Assembly (NCBI GenBank): GCA_964501725.1
Contig: CAZCTO010000007.1
Location: 10,264 to 74,263 of the forward strand
Source: an uncultured Oscillospiraceae bacterium
Lineage (GTDB): Bacteria; Bacillota; Clostridia; Saccharofermentanales; Saccharofermentanaceae
DNA length: 64,000 bases
Direction: 5' to 3'
The notes below the pieces were generated by a model. It was not told where the DNA came from. It made no database searches and saw nothing but the letters and a program-made list of their open reading frames with translations. Below, in pieces: positions 10,476 through 21,405 of the stretch. Numbering within the stretch: position 1 is the first letter of the stretch; every line of letters starts with the position of its first letter. The translations under genes and the position numbers were made by a program.

Positions 10476-10649
10476 TTTTCGTATATATCCTATAGATATT
10501 TCTTCCGGCGGGCATTATGATTGAATGGTGTCCGGCTCGTGGATACAGTTTGAATATCGGCATATTTCATCTGCGGATAACCAGGAAATTGACCGGATGC
10601 TTGTGGAGTCAGTTTTGCCGCAAATTGAACGTCGGAATATCGGGATTGC

Positions 10650-10678
10650 TTGACGGGCATGGAATCCTGTGCTATCCT
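10650..10678 (+). promoter_or_regulatory. Putative promoter of the rpsF-ssb-rpsR operon (TTGACG-17-TATCCT)
   Basis: Hexamers with 17-nt spacing, about 95 nt upstream of rpsF. Confidence 0.45.
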
Positions 10679-10770
10679 CGTTCGTGCCGCTAAGGATGCG
10701 GTTTTATAGTGTTTTATCCTCGCTCACACGGAGTGTGTGGGCCGTTTAGTCCAGGAGGAGGTGAATTTCA
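10679..10770 (+). promoter_or_regulatory. Possible structured 5' leader of the S6 operon (candidate S6:S18 autoregulatory element)
   Basis: Two short hairpins (CCGC..GCGG and CACAC-GGA-GTGTG) in a ~90-nt untranslated leader ahead of the rpsF RBS; inference from known Firmicutes rpsF leaders. Confidence 0.3.
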
Positions 10771-11058
10771 ATGGCAAACAAGTATGAGATGATCGTTGTT
10801 TTAAGTCCCGTTCTCGGTGAGGAAGGGATTGCTTCTACGACGGAAGTCGTTAAGACGAAGCTTGAAACCGGTGCGACAATCGACTCGATGGAGACACTCG
10901 GCATGAAGCGTCTTGCGTACGAAATCAATGATCAGAAAGAAGGTTTCTACCTTCAGTTTAACTTCACGGCAGAATCCAGTTTCCCTAAGGAGATGGAGCG
11001 TGTTCTGAAGATTACCGAAGGCGTGTTACGTTTTCTCGTTATCCGTACCGATGAGTAA
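10771..11058 (+). CDS. rpsF: 30S ribosomal protein S6
   Basis: MANKYEMIVVLSP...; strong RBS AGGAGGAGG. Confidence 0.9.
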   Translation: MANKYEMIVVLSPVLGEEGIASTTEVVKTKLETGATIDSMETLGMKRLAYEINDQKEGFYLQFNFTAESSFPKEMERVLKITEGVLRFLVIRTDE

Positions 11059-11079
11059 TCAAGAAAAGGAAGTGTACGT

Positions 11080-11532
11080 ATGAACAAAGTCATTCTTGTC
11101 GGAAGACTCACAAAGGATCCCGAAGTGAAGACCACCCAGAATCAGATTGAGTACTGCAGTTTTTCGGTCGCCGTTGACCGTCGTTTCAAATCCGCCAGCG
11201 GAGAGAAGCAGTCGGACTTTATCAATTGTGTCGCATGGAGACAGCAGGCTAAGCTTCTTGGGCAGTATTTCCAGAAAGGTTCCCGGATCGGAATTGTCGG
11301 CAGTATTCAAAGCAGATCATACGACGACAAGGACGGGAAGAAAGTCTATGTGACCGAAGTATCCGTTGATGAAATCGAGTTTGTTGATTCGAAGCGCGAC
11401 GGATCAGGCAATTCTTCAGGAGACGAAAGTTCATCCGCATCTATGTCCCGGACTCCTCCGCCGGCTTTGCAGGTGGAAAGCGGTTTTTATCCCGCGATGG
11501 ATGACGATACATCACTCCCGTTTGATTTATGA
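11080..11532 (+). CDS. ssb: Single-stranded DNA-binding protein
   Basis: OB-fold [16 protein letters not shown]...; acidic C-terminal tail ending [10 protein letters not shown]. Confidence 0.9.
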   Translation: MNKVILVGRLTKDPEVKTTQNQIEYCSFSVAVDRRFKSASGEKQSDFINCVAWRQQAKLLGQYFQKGSRIGIVGSIQSRSYDDKDGKKVYVTEVSVDEIEFVDSKRDGSGNSSGDESSSASMSRTPPPALQVESGFYPAMDDDTSLPFDL

Positions 11533-11609
11533 TGAATGCGCCGGATGCGGCGCCCCGGTATCGTGCAGGCAGCACGACCGGCCCAGTATTATTTGAAAGG
11601 AGATACCAG

Positions 11610-11891
11610 ATGTCTGAGAATAGAGGACCCCGTTCCGGTGGACGTGATTTCGGCGGTGACCGCGGCGGAATGAGAATGAGACGCACACGCCGTAAGGTTT
11701 GCGCTTTCTGTGCCGACAAGGTTGAGAAGATCGAATATAAGGATATGGGAAGAATTCGCAAATTTACATCCGATCGCGGCAAGATTTTGCCGAAGCGGAT
11801 GACTGGCAATTGCGCCAAGCATCAGAGAGAACTGACCATTGCGATCAAGCGTGCAAGACACATCGCACTTCTTCCGTATGTGGTTGATTAA
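11610..11891 (+). CDS. rpsR: 30S ribosomal protein S18
   Basis: Gly/Arg-rich N-terminus then RRKVCAFC...IDYKD...; internal ATG chosen. Confidence 0.85.
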   Translation: MSENRGPRSGGRDFGGDRGGMRMRRTRRKVCAFCADKVEKIEYKDMGRIRKFTSDRGKILPKRMTGNCAKHQRELTIAIKRARHIALLPYVVD

Positions 11892-12053
11892 TTAATAATG
11901 GAAGAACGGAAATAGGTGTCAATCGCATTTGCGATTCATGCCGTCAACGTTTATAATTATTGGGCATCCACCGTACACGTTATGGAGGGTGCCCGATTTT
12001 TATTATTCCGTGAAAGGGGAGAACGCGCGGAAGAGACGCGCGTCAGTATCGGA

Positions 12054-12500
12054 ATGAAGGTCATTTTATTATCAGATGTTAAGGGTCTTGGAAAGACAGA
12101 CGATATCGTTGAAGTCAGCGATGGCTACGCAAGAAATTTCCTTTTCAAGAAAAATGTTGCGCTTGAAGCAACTCCATCCAATTTGAATACGATCAGAAAC
12201 AGGAAGGGTGCGCTGGCTGAGAAAGCCAGAAGAGAGCTCGAAGAGGCCAGGCAAACAGGTGCCAAACTTTCGGGAATGCGCATTGAACTTGCAATGAAGA
12301 CCGGGGAAGGCGGAAGACTTTACGGTGCCGTCACTGCAGGGGATATCGCGGATGTCCTTGAGAAACAGGGAATCAAAGCGGACAAGAAAAATATCACCAT
12401 GAAAAGCCCCATGAAGACCGTCGGAGAATTCGAGGCCTCTATCAAATTGCACACTGAAGTGTCGGTCAACATTGTAGTTGAAGTCAAGTCGATTGTATAA
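12054..12500 (+). CDS. rplI: 50S ribosomal protein L9
   Basis: [30 protein letters not shown]; internal ATG at 12054 with an upstream RBS. Confidence 0.9.
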   Translation: MKVILLSDVKGLGKTDDIVEVSDGYARNFLFKKNVALEATPSNLNTIRNRKGALAEKARRELEEARQTGAKLSGMRIELAMKTGEGGRLYGAVTAGDIADVLEKQGIKADKKNITMKSPMKTVGEFEASIKLHTEVSVNIVVEVKSIV

Positions 12501-12535
12501 CCGGCTATTGAGTATTTTTGCATCCGGAGGAGTAT

Positions 12536-14002
12536 ATGGCTAAGCCGACAGTGAACAATCCGGCAGGAAGAGTTCCGCCGCAAAGCATCCAGGCGGAACA
12601 GGCTGTTCTGTGCTCATGTCTCGACAGCGAGAGTGCAATGATGGTTGCTCTTACAGCGCTTGTTCCGGCTGACTTTTATCATCCCGGACACCGGCTCATA
12701 TTTTCGGCAATTTTAGAACTCTCTTCATTACGGAATGCGGTCGATATTATCACTGTATCAGAGCATCTTGCCAAAAAAGGTGAACTCGAAGCGGTCGGCG
12801 GCACATCATACATCAGTCAATTGTCTGATTTGATGATTATTCGTTCGAATGTCGCGGACTATGCCGCCATTGTTCGCCAGAAATCAATGCTCCGTCGTCT
12901 GATTACGTCGCTGGATGAAGTGATGAAGCTCTCGTTCGAAGGTGAACAGGAAGCGAATAATCTTGTTGACATTGCAATCAAGCGGCTCTCTGACATGAGG
13001 GAAGCGCCTGCCGGAATCGGATTCGAGAGCGTTAACGACATTCTAAAAAGAACTCTTCAAGATATTTTGGATATCAGCAAGGGAAAGAAAGAACGAAAAG
13101 TCGTCCGTACCGGATTCCCGAAGCTGGATCAGGCAACAGGCGGACTTCGCCCGGGATCTCTGATTATCGTTGCCGCACGTCCTGCGATGGGTAAGTCCGC
13201 GCTGGTGGTTAACATTGCAACGAATACCGCGATCAGCTATAAAACGCACGTTGCGTTTTTCAGCCTTGAAATGTCCAAGGAGGAAATCGGTAACCGTATC
13301 TTATCTTCGAAATCTTCCATCAGTACTTTCAAATTACAGAATGCAAACATCAACGACGATGAATGGACTCACATTTCACAGGCTCTGTCGCTGTTGTCGC
13401 CGGCACCCTTTTATATTGACGACCGGTCAGGTATCAATACTGTCGAAATGATGGCCAAGTGTCGTCAGCTCAAAAATGAAAACAGACTGGGCCTGGTTGT
13501 CGTTGACTATATGCAACTGATGTCACCTGCAGGCGGCCGGAATAGCGGGAATCGGCAACAGGAGATTTCCGAAATCTCCAGATCGCTTAAGATCATGGCG
13601 AAGGAGCTGGAAGTGCCTGTTATAGCACTTTCGCAGTTATCCAGAGGTGCGGAGCAACGCGATGAGCACCGGCCGATTCTATCCGATCTCCGCGATTCCG
13701 GCGCAATTGAGCAAGATGCGGATTTGGTTATGTTTATTTATCGTAAAAACTATTATGAAAGTAACCTTGAGAAACCGGAAATCGAAGATGCAGAAATTAT
13801 CCTTGCCAAAAACCGTCAGGGCCCCACGAAGACGGTTCATATGAAGTGGTGGGCGAAGAGGACGTTGTTTTTCGAGCCAGACCTGCCGGGCGAGTCAAAT
13901 GAAGCAGATGATTACACACCGGGCAAGAAAACAGGCGCAAAAAAAGAGTCCCCGGAAGCGATCTACAGCCCCGGTGACAAAGATGCGCCGCCTGAATTTT
14001 AG
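12536..14002 (+). CDS. dnaB: Replicative DNA helicase DnaB with a ~40-aa charged C-terminal extension
   Basis: DnaB N-terminal domain plus RecA-like core with Walker A (ARPAMGKSA); RBS GGAGG before the ATG at 12536. Confidence 0.9.
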   Translation: MAKPTVNNPAGRVPPQSIQAEQAVLCSCLDSESAMMVALTALVPADFYHPGHRLIFSAILELSSLRNAVDIITVSEHLAKKGELEAVGGTSYISQLSDLMIIRSNVADYAAIVRQKSMLRRLITSLDEVMKLSFEGEQEANNLVDIAIKRLSDMREAPAGIGFESVNDILKRTLQDILDISKGKKERKVVRTGFPKLDQATGGLRPGSLIIVAARPAMGKSALVVNIATNTAISYKTHVAFFSLEMSKEEIGNRILSSKSSISTFKLQNANINDDEWTHISQALSLLSPAPFYIDDRSGINTVEMMAKCRQLKNENRLGLVVVDYMQLMSPAGGRNSGNRQQEISEISRSLKIMAKELEVPVIALSQLSRGAEQRDEHRPILSDLRDSGAIEQDADLVMFIYRKNYYESNLEKPEIEDAEIILAKNRQGPTKTVHMKWWAKRTLFFEPDLPGESNEADDYTPGKKTGAKKESPEAIYSPGDKDAPPEF

Positions 14003-14038
14003 TCGATTGAACCAAGGATGATACCGGAGGCCGCCGGA

Positions 14039-15601
14039 ATGCAATTTCTTGATGAATTTCGTGAATATGCTCTGCGTAATTGTCTGTTGGAATGCGAAGC
14101 AGTTGTTGTCGGCGTTTCCGGCGGACCGGATTCGATGTGTCTGTTGAATCTTCTTCTGGAGCATCAGGATCATAATAGAAAACACATTCAAGGCGATTCC
14201 GGGTCGTCTTTTCCGAGGATCATCGTCGCTCATCTTCACCATGGTGTTCGCGGTGACGCAGCCGATCATGACGAAAGGATGGTCCGGGAATACTGCGATG
14301 CCGCGGGAATACCTTTTCACGCAAAGAGAATCAATATTATGGAAGTTGCAAAGAGCGACGGAATTGGACTCGAAGAAGCGGGAAGAGAAGCCAGATATGC
14401 TTTTTTCAGAGAATTGGTGTCGATGTATTCGGGAGAATGCACGTCCGTTCGAATTGCGGTGGCTCATCATCGAGAGGATCAGGCCGAGACAATGCTTATG
14501 AATTTGTTCCGGGGCACCGGAATGGATGGATTATGCGCCATGAGCCCTCTTCGAAACGATATTATCCGACCGCTCCTTTTCGCGTCGCGAGAGCAAATCA
14601 TGGAGTATGTTAAGGCAAACGGAATTCCTTTCTGTGAGGATGCAACCAATGTCGAAAATCATTTTGCGCGTAACAAGTGGCGCAACCGGATACTACCGCT
14701 CATCAGAGAGGTGTCTGTTAAAGACCCGGTAGATGCTTTGCTTTCGACAAATGAACTCCTTTTTCAAGATAAGTTGTTCTTCGACGGCCTGGTTTCCGAC
14801 TTGTTCCGAACTCATCGGACGACTGTGACTCAAGGCAATTCAGGGCTTCCCTGCTCATGTCTGCGCGAGAATATGCCGGCAGTCTCGACGCGTCTGGTGC
14901 GCCGCTTATTTTGCGAGAGGTTTTCTCATACGGCTGATTTGAGTTTTCGTCAGGTCGAACAAATTCTGGTGTTGGCGGAAAGCGGCGGCGGCAATAAGAA
15001 GATCTCTCTTAGCGGCGGCAAAATCGCAAGAATCGAATCGGACACACTTTTCTTTTCTGAAACCGTCGAATCGCGACCGGACAAGCTTCACGGCGAGACA
15101 TACTTCGGTAAGGAGTACCTGGTCTTGGGGCAACCGTGGGATGGAGAAGTCTCCGTTTTTGAAGAAAACAGTGTCGGACTGAAGTCTGAAGGTAAGATTA
15201 TTTTAGATTTTCCTCTGTTCACGCTTGAAGTAATTCTCGTTGAGAATCCCGGCCAGGTAGTTTATAATAGTCGGGCATGGTATTGTCCGGGCGATGTCCT
15301 CGCTCTATTGAAGATGCGTACGGCAAGACCGCAGGATCATATTGTTGTGGCTGGAAGAACATCCGGAAAGAAACTTCGCAGGTTTCTTACAGATTGCAAA
15401 GTGCCGTCGTTCATCCGTGGAAGGATGATTGTTTTTGCGAATCAATCCGATATTTGCTGGATTCCCGGAATCGCTCACGCGCAGGGGTTTGTCGATGAAG
15501 TGTCATATATGCGGTTCATTGAGTCAAAATCGTGTGAAGAACTTTTCCGGAAGGGAAGTCAGCCGATATATAGGGTAACAATCATAGAAAAGGGTATTTG
15601 A
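14039..15601 (+). CDS. tilS: tRNA(Ile)-lysidine synthetase
   Basis: PP-loop SGGPDS; conserved tilS-hpt-ftsH synteny; start alternatively at 14018. Confidence 0.8.
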   Translation: MQFLDEFREYALRNCLLECEAVVVGVSGGPDSMCLLNLLLEHQDHNRKHIQGDSGSSFPRIIVAHLHHGVRGDAADHDERMVREYCDAAGIPFHAKRINIMEVAKSDGIGLEEAGREARYAFFRELVSMYSGECTSVRIAVAHHREDQAETMLMNLFRGTGMDGLCAMSPLRNDIIRPLLFASREQIMEYVKANGIPFCEDATNVENHFARNKWRNRILPLIREVSVKDPVDALLSTNELLFQDKLFFDGLVSDLFRTHRTTVTQGNSGLPCSCLRENMPAVSTRLVRRLFCERFSHTADLSFRQVEQILVLAESGGGNKKISLSGGKIARIESDTLFFSETVESRPDKLHGETYFGKEYLVLGQPWDGEVSVFEENSVGLKSEGKIILDFPLFTLEVILVENPGQVVYNSRAWYCPGDVLALLKMRTARPQDHIVVAGRTSGKKLRRFLTDCKVPSFIRGRMIVFANQSDICWIPGIAHAQGFVDEVSYMRFIESKSCEELFRKGSQPIYRVTIIEKGI

Positions 15602-15611
15602 GGAGCGTATA

Positions 15612-16151
15612 ATGGCGCATAAAGTAGATAGGATTTTGATTAACAGAGATGACATTGACGCAATGGTCAGCAGAATGGCGGAGCAAATATCTGCGGATTA
15701 TGCGGGCCGGGAACTGATTGTTGTCGGAATACTGAAAGGCTCATTCATTTTTATGGCTGACCTTGTCCGCAAAATGACCGTGCCCGTTATAGTTGATTTT
15801 ATGTCGGTAACGAGCTATTACGGCAGCACACAGAGCTCGGGGATTGTTAAAATAATCAAGGACATGGATGTAAATATTAACGGAAAGGATGTTCTTATTG
15901 TTGAAGACATCATAGATTCCGGCCTGACACTTCAGAACCTCAAGGAGATGCTGATGACTAAGGAACCTGCAAGCCTTCGTGTTTGTGTTGCTTTTGATAA
16001 GCCCGACCGGAGAAAGACAGTAATTGAAGCGGATTATATCGGTATGAAGATCCCGGACGAGTTTATTGTTGGCTATGGACTCGATTATGCCGGCAAATAT
16101 AGAAATATACCCGACGTTTGTATTATGGAACCAGATGGAGGTACCCTATGA
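15612..16151 (+). CDS. hpt: Hypoxanthine phosphoribosyltransferase
   Basis: Type I PRT motif VLIVEDIIDSGLTL; 179 aa. Confidence 0.85.
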   Translation: MAHKVDRILINRDDIDAMVSRMAEQISADYAGRELIVVGILKGSFIFMADLVRKMTVPVIVDFMSVTSYYGSTQSSGIVKIIKDMDVNINGKDVLIVEDIIDSGLTLQNLKEMLMTKEPASLRVCVAFDKPDRRKTVIEADYIGMKIPDEFIVGYGLDYAGKYRNIPDVCIMEPDGGTL

Positions 16152-18097
16152 CAGCTACGCCAGCCCCGAAAAAGATGGGCGGAGCGCCCTTTTATGTTGT
16201 TCTTTTTCTGCTTCTTACCATTGCCTCAATATTTCTCTTAAATGATTCCGTCAAAAAAGAATTTGCGCTTTCCGAAGCGTTGGATCTTATACAGTCCGAG
16301 AAATATAAAATCAAGGAAGTGACGCTTAACGGAGCCAGCCTTGAATTTACATACACCGATGCAGAAAATAAAGATGTCAAGGTCAGCAAGGAGATTCCGA
16401 CTGCATCTGTTGACAGAGTATTTAATATTTTGATGAATGCGCAGAAAGACGGCAAAATCGAGTCTTTCGAATATAAAGAGCCAATGGATTTGAGCAGTAT
16501 TATCAGCGTTGCGACGATCGTCATTATGGTTGCGGTGCTCGGCTTTTTTCTCTGGTTCTCCTTTGGCCGGGCGCAGGGCGACGGCAAAAGTGCGATGAGT
16601 TTTGGCCGCAGCAAAGCAAGGCTTCACGATCCAAGCAAGAATAAGGTCACATTTGCGGATGTCGCGGGCGCAGACGAAGAGAAAGAGGAACTCACCGAAG
16701 TGGTCGACTTCCTGAAGAATCCGAAGAAATACTCGGATCTCGGCGCAAAAATTCCGCGCGGCATTCTTCTATTCGGTGCTCCCGGAACCGGAAAAACACT
16801 ACTGGCTAAGGCCGTTGCCGGAGAGGCGGGTGTTCCGTTTTTCTCGATCTCCGGATCGGATTTTGTGGAAATGTTTGTCGGTGTTGGCGCAAGCAGAGTG
16901 CGAGATCTTTTTGATAATGCCAAGAAAAATGCTCCTTGCATTATTTTCATTGATGAAATCGACGCGGTCGGCAGACACCGCGGCGCCGGAATGGGTGGCG
17001 GACATGATGAGCGCGAGCAGACACTCAACCAACTGCTCGTTGAAATGGACGGATTCGGACCGAACGAGGGAGTCATCGTAATCGCGGCGACAAACCGTAT
17101 GGATATTCTGGATCCCGCACTGCTCAGACCGGGCCGGTTTGACCGCCGTGTGGTCGTTATGCGCCCGGATATCAAGGGACGCGAAGCAATCCTGCAAGTC
17201 CACGCGAAGGGTAAACCGATTGCTGCCGATGTGAATCTCAAGGAAATCGCCAAGATTACGCCCGGCTTTACCGGTGCTGACCTTGCCAACCTGCTGAATG
17301 AAGCCGCTCTTCTGGCTGCAAGGCACAAGAGCAAGGAAATTAAATACGCGGATATATCCGAAGCGGTTTTCAAGGTCATGATCGGACCGGAGAAAAAGAG
17401 CCGAATCATCAATGACAAGGAAAAGAAGCTGACGGCCTACCATGAAGCCGGTCATGCGGTTGTACTCCGTACGGTTTCGGAGACGGATAAAGTTGAGCGT
17501 GTTTCCATCATTCCTGCCGGCGGCGCAGGCGGATACACAGCGCATAAGCCGGATGAGGATATTTACTATAAGACCGAGAAGCAAATCAAAGACATGATTA
17601 TGATTTCGCTCGGCGGCCGTGCCTCCGAAGAAATCACCCTCGGAGAAATCAGCACCGGCGCTTCTTCGGATCTTCAGAACTGCAATGCGCTTGCCCGTGA
17701 TATGATCACCAAATACGGCATGAGCGGGAAACTCAAGAATCTTGTTTTCGGAAGTGACGAAGAGGTCTTCCTCGGAAGGGATTTCGGGCATGTTCAAAAT
17801 TACAGCGAAAAGATCGCCTCAGTAATTGATGAAGAGGTTCAACGTATCATCACGGAGTCCTATGATGAAGTCATGGGAATTCTTAAGGATAAGATCTTGA
17901 TCATGAACGCAGTCGCAACACGTCTTCTCGAAACAGAAAAGATCGACGGGGATGAATTCGAAGCAATATACTCCTCCGGCGGTCTGGATAAGGATGCAGG
18001 AAGAAAAATACCCGAGCCTGATTTGACGGCTGTTCCGGAAACAGTGAATCCCGCAATGCCTCAGATCGGCGAGGCTGTGCCTCCGACAAACGCATAG
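16148..18097 (+). CDS. ftsH: ATP-dependent zinc metalloprotease FtsH
   Basis: Two N-terminal TM helices, AAA Walker [15 protein letters not shown] zinc site; ATG at 16148 overlaps the hpt stop. Confidence 0.9.
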   Translation: MTATPAPKKMGGAPFYVVLFLLLTIASIFLLNDSVKKEFALSEALDLIQSEKYKIKEVTLNGASLEFTYTDAENKDVKVSKEIPTASVDRVFNILMNAQKDGKIESFEYKEPMDLSSIISVATIVIMVAVLGFFLWFSFGRAQGDGKSAMSFGRSKARLHDPSKNKVTFADVAGADEEKEELTEVVDFLKNPKKYSDLGAKIPRGILLFGAPGTGKTLLAKAVAGEAGVPFFSISGSDFVEMFVGVGASRVRDLFDNAKKNAPCIIFIDEIDAVGRHRGAGMGGGHDEREQTLNQLLVEMDGFGPNEGVIVIAATNRMDILDPALLRPGRFDRRVVVMRPDIKGREAILQVHAKGKPIAADVNLKEIAKITPGFTGADLANLLNEAALLAARHKSKEIKYADISEAVFKVMIGPEKKSRIINDKEKKLTAYHEAGHAVVLRTVSETDKVERVSIIPAGGAGGYTAHKPDEDIYYKTEKQIKDMIMISLGGRASEEITLGEISTGASSDLQNCNALARDMITKYGMSGKLKNLVFGSDEEVFLGRDFGHVQNYSEKIASVIDEEVQRIITESYDEVMGILKDKILIMNAVATRLLETEKIDGDEFEAIYSSGGLDKDAGRKIPEPDLTAVPETVNPAMPQIGEAVPPTNA

Positions 18098-18114
18098 TCA
18101 ACGCAAAAAGGAAA

Positions 18115-19593
18115 TCAGGTAGCATCTTCCCGTAGCACCATTTCGTCTGCCATCTGCCGGATGTCTTCCGGCCCGAGGAACAGAATCAAATCATCTTTGC
18201 CGACAAGTTCGCGGAGCCTTTGAGGGATCTCGTTCTTGTCGACATAAAATTCTGCGTGACCGCCAAGTGCATTGATCTTGTCGGCAATCATCGAAGATGA
18301 AATGGTTCCCGGATTAATTTCTCTGTCAGAAAAAATTTCAGAGAAGATTATGTGCTCGCAAGGAAGAAGACTGGTGACATAGTCATCGAAAAGCACTTGG
18401 GTTCGATTGAATGTCAGCGGCTGAAAAACCACCCAGGTATGCTTGTGCGGAATCTGTGATGCCGCCTGAAGCGTAGCTCTGGCCGCTGCCGGATGATGTG
18501 CGTAATCAGCGATAACCATAGCTCCGCGATAGCTTCCCTTCCGTGTGAAACGTCCCTCAGCGCCATAAAAATCCGACAGAGCGGACACGACGGCTTCGCG
18601 CGTTCCGCCGTTGGGAACAGCGCAGGCTATAGCTGTCAATGCATTGTAAATGTTATGCCTGCCGGGAACTTTCAGGTCGATGTGAGCGAACAACTTACCG
18701 TATATCCATACATCGAAAGACGGGAATCCATCGCGATAAGTAATATTATCCGCATAATAATCCGCGTGTGTGCCGGTAATTGAATAAAAGTCGCCCTTCA
18801 GGCCGGTCGTGATGATTTTGGGAATTCCGCGGCCGGTGGCTTTTCGGGAATCCGTCATCAGCCTGACTGCCGCGGCAACATTCTCGTCAAAGGCCGGGAC
18901 CACCAGATACCCCGAATCTTCGAGTTTCTCGGTGAACTGGACGAAAGCGGCAATGACTTCAAAGATGTTTTTGAAACAATCCACATGATCATAATCGATG
19001 TTGGTGATGGCGGCAGTTGTTGAGCGAAAATGCAGGAAGGATCGCTGGTATTCACATGCTTCGGAAACAAGAAGAGCGTCTCCCGCACCGAATCGAACCG
19101 TTCCTCCGAAAGCGGTAAACTCCGCACCGAGATGCACCGTAGGATCCAGTCCCGATTTCATCAAAATAAGGGAAAGCATGGATGTGGTCGTTGTTTTTCC
19201 GTGAGTACCGGAAATATTGATTACACTCTCAAACCGCCGCGTTAGATGGCCGAGAAACTCGGCGCGGGTTACGGTCGGAATTCCATTTTCCTTCGCGTAA
19301 GCCAGCTCGGCATTGCCCGGCAAAATAGCGGCGGTGTGCACCAGTAAATCAGGATTAAAGCGAATCAGGTTGGCAGGATCATGCCCTTCAGAAAAAGAAA
19401 TACCCTGAGAAGCCAGTAAGGAGGTACGCTCGGATGAATGCATGTCAGAACCGCCGACGATATATCCGTAGTGTTTTGAAAGCTCGGCAAGCCCGCTCAT
19501 GCTGATTCCGCCAATTCCGAGAAAATAAATGCGAGACCCTTTTGCGAGGGATTCCATTCCATCTTTTAAAACCGGTATTGATTCCGAAGGCAT
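18115..19593 (-). CDS. murC: UDP-N-acetylmuramate--L-alanine ligase
   Basis: IYFLGIGGISMSGLA N-terminal motif, Mur ligase central and C-terminal domains; start may be 19557. Confidence 0.85.
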   Translation of the reverse strand: MPSESIPVLKDGMESLAKGSRIYFLGIGGISMSGLAELSKHYGYIVGGSDMHSSERTSLLASQGISFSEGHDPANLIRFNPDLLVHTAAILPGNAELAYAKENGIPTVTRAEFLGHLTRRFESVINISGTHGKTTTTSMLSLILMKSGLDPTVHLGAEFTAFGGTVRFGAGDALLVSEACEYQRSFLHFRSTTAAITNIDYDHVDCFKNIFEVIAAFVQFTEKLEDSGYLVVPAFDENVAAAVRLMTDSRKATGRGIPKIITTGLKGDFYSITGTHADYYADNITYRDGFPSFDVWIYGKLFAHIDLKVPGRHNIYNALTAIACAVPNGGTREAVVSALSDFYGAEGRFTRKGSYRGAMVIADYAHHPAAARATLQAASQIPHKHTWVVFQPLTFNRTQVLFDDYVTSLLPCEHIIFSEIFSDREINPGTISSSMIADKINALGGHAEFYVDKNEIPQRLRELVGKDDLILFLGPEDIRQMADEMVLREDAT

Positions 19594-19788
19594 GATTACC
19601 TCTTTCAGATCCGTGTATTCCTGCCCGGATCAATTTTTAATAGAGACATTATACCAAGTTAAACGGGATTCCGCGAGAACGCGCAATTATGAGTTTTTCC
19701 GGGGGACGGGTGAGCCATGGCTATGTGATACAATGAAGCGGTAAACACTACTTATAGATTTGCGAGCCAAAGGAAAAAGGAGCGACAT

Positions 19789-20460
19789 ATGAAGGAAATG
19801 ACAAAAAGAATCCTGATGACCGCGGTGGGTGTGTTAATTTGTGCGGTGAGCGCCGGAATGTTCCAGTTTTCCGTGTTCGGAATGGATCCGTTTCAAGTAT
19901 TGGCTCACGGGATAGAAAAGCGTGTTTCGATTGGCTTCGGGACACTTTATATGATCATTAATTTGTTGATGCTTGTAGCGGTTTTTTTCGTTGACAAGAA
20001 AAAAATCGGCATCGGAACCATGATTAATATTTTTCTTCTGGGCTACCTGGTGGAGTACTCATATCGGTTCTACGGCGATTTGTTTCCGGCCCCCGGTCTT
20101 ATGGTAAGGATTCTTTTCCTCCTGGTTGGATTTGTATTTATCTGCTTCGGATCTTCGCTCTATTTTACCGGTGATTTGGGTGTATCCACCTATGACGCGG
20201 TTGCGTTGATTTTATCCGAAAAAACACCGGTCAAATTCCAGTACTGGAGAATCGGATCTGATTTTATTTGCACCGGGGTTGGATTTCTGCTCGGTGAAGT
20301 TGTCGGAATCGGAACACTGATGACCGCTTTTTTCATGGGCCCGCTGATTGCTTTTTTCAGATACCGCATTGCTTATCCGTTGCGCTACGGCAAGGAGAAA
20401 GCCGGAGAAATTATCGAGGAAGAGAAGAAAAAGAGACTCGCGCTGAAGAAGAAGGCATGA
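19789..20460 (+). CDS. Polytopic membrane protein (YczE/YitT-like, family uncertain)
   Basis: 6 predicted TM helices, Lys-rich C-terminus; family assignment tentative. Confidence 0.5.
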   Translation: MKEMTKRILMTAVGVLICAVSAGMFQFSVFGMDPFQVLAHGIEKRVSIGFGTLYMIINLLMLVAVFFVDKKKIGIGTMINIFLLGYLVEYSYRFYGDLFPAPGLMVRILFLLVGFVFICFGSSLYFTGDLGVSTYDAVALILSEKTPVKFQYWRIGSDFICTGVGFLLGEVVGIGTLMTAFFMGPLIAFFRYRIAYPLRYGKEKAGEIIEEEKKKRLALKKKA

Positions 20461-20539
20461 CGCGCAAATTGCAAGTAGGTTTGAGTGATATGCATATACG
20501 GGAAACCCTAATCCGGGTAATCATTTTCGGGTAATTAGT

Positions 20540-20932
20540 ATGAAAAGATGCTCTTCCTGTCTTGCCGTGAACGATGACAAAAGAACCCGGTGCTATGACT
20601 GCGGACTGTTATTGGACAGTGAAAATTTCATCGAAGAGCCGGAGAAACGGCCGGTACCTTTGCCGGAAAAAGTATCCTCGCTAGACCCTCAACAAATCAT
20701 TGATCAGTTGGTAGCGGAAGAAAAAAAGATGAATCAGTTGAAAAGGAATCAGCAGTCGGGCTGTTTTCGTCCCTTGCGATTGCTTTCCGGCATCTGTTCG
20801 ACGGCAAAATCCGAGCATCCCATCGGATGGAAGATCTCAATACTTGTCGTATCCTTCCTGATCATTCTGATCATCTTTTTCATTCTTTTTCGATCATTCA
20901 ACTTTGCCAATCTAATTCTTCCGTGGGCATAA
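20540..20932 (+). CDS. Zinc-ribbon domain protein with C-terminal TM anchor
   Basis: CSSC..(12)..CYDC zinc ribbon at N-terminus, hydrophobic segment near C-terminus. Confidence 0.55.
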   Translation: MKRCSSCLAVNDDKRTRCYDCGLLLDSENFIEEPEKRPVPLPEKVSSLDPQQIIDQLVAEEKKMNQLKRNQQSGCFRPLRLLSGICSTAKSEHPIGWKISILVVSFLIILIIFFILFRSFNFANLILPWA

Positions 20933-21033
20933 GCGAAGGATTGATCTGTATCGGCTCAGGCCGCAATTTGATACAATGAAATAATCATCGGACAAATATG
21001 ATCGAATGAAATAGATCTGTAGGAGGATACAGC

Positions 21034-21119
21034 ATGATTATCACGACTACACCCACCGTCGAAGGGAAATCAATATGCTCATGGTTACGGCATCCGGAAC
21101 GGCGGTTGTAGTCAATTAA
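21034..21119 (+). pseudogene. Relic of a UPF0145/YbjQ-family gene with an internal deletion
   Basis: ATG preceded by AGGAGG; encodes MIITTTPTVEGK (typical UPF0145 N-terminus), then after a +2 frame shift ..NMLMVTASGTAVVVN* (typical UPF0145 C-terminus). Only ~28 codons remain. Confidence 0.5.
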
Positions 21120-21157
21120 GAAATTGAGGCGTTTCACAGCTAAAAACGGAGGGTAAT

Positions 21158-21403
21158 ATGAATCAGAAAGCAATTACCGGTAACCCGATTAAAGGAAAAA
21201 AGCATGTCATTATTTTATCGCTGATCAACCTGGTCGCGTTAATTCTTTATATCGGTGCGTGGATGATAATTTCCCGTACAGATATAAGGCCAGACTCAAT
21301 TGGAAGGTTTTCAAGCATCATGATTATGTATGGGCTTTTCGGATTATTTTTTACGGTCTTGGATTTGCGCTTATATTGCTTAAAGTTAACTTCGCGAGGG
21401 TAA
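21158..21403 (+). CDS. Small membrane protein (2 TM)
   Basis: 81-aa hydrophobic ORF; chosen over the overlapping frame because its stop abuts the next ATG. Confidence 0.45.
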   Translation: MNQKAITGNPIKGKKHVIILSLINLVALILYIGAWMIISRTDIRPDSIGRFSSIMIMYGLFGLFFTVLDLRLYCLKLTSRG

Positions 21404-21405
21404 TC

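Noticed and set aside
16624-17797. Long minus-strand ORFs (264 and 332 aa) inside ftsH
   Set aside because: Antisense shadow ORFs; ftsH on + has unmistakable AAA and HEAGH motifs.
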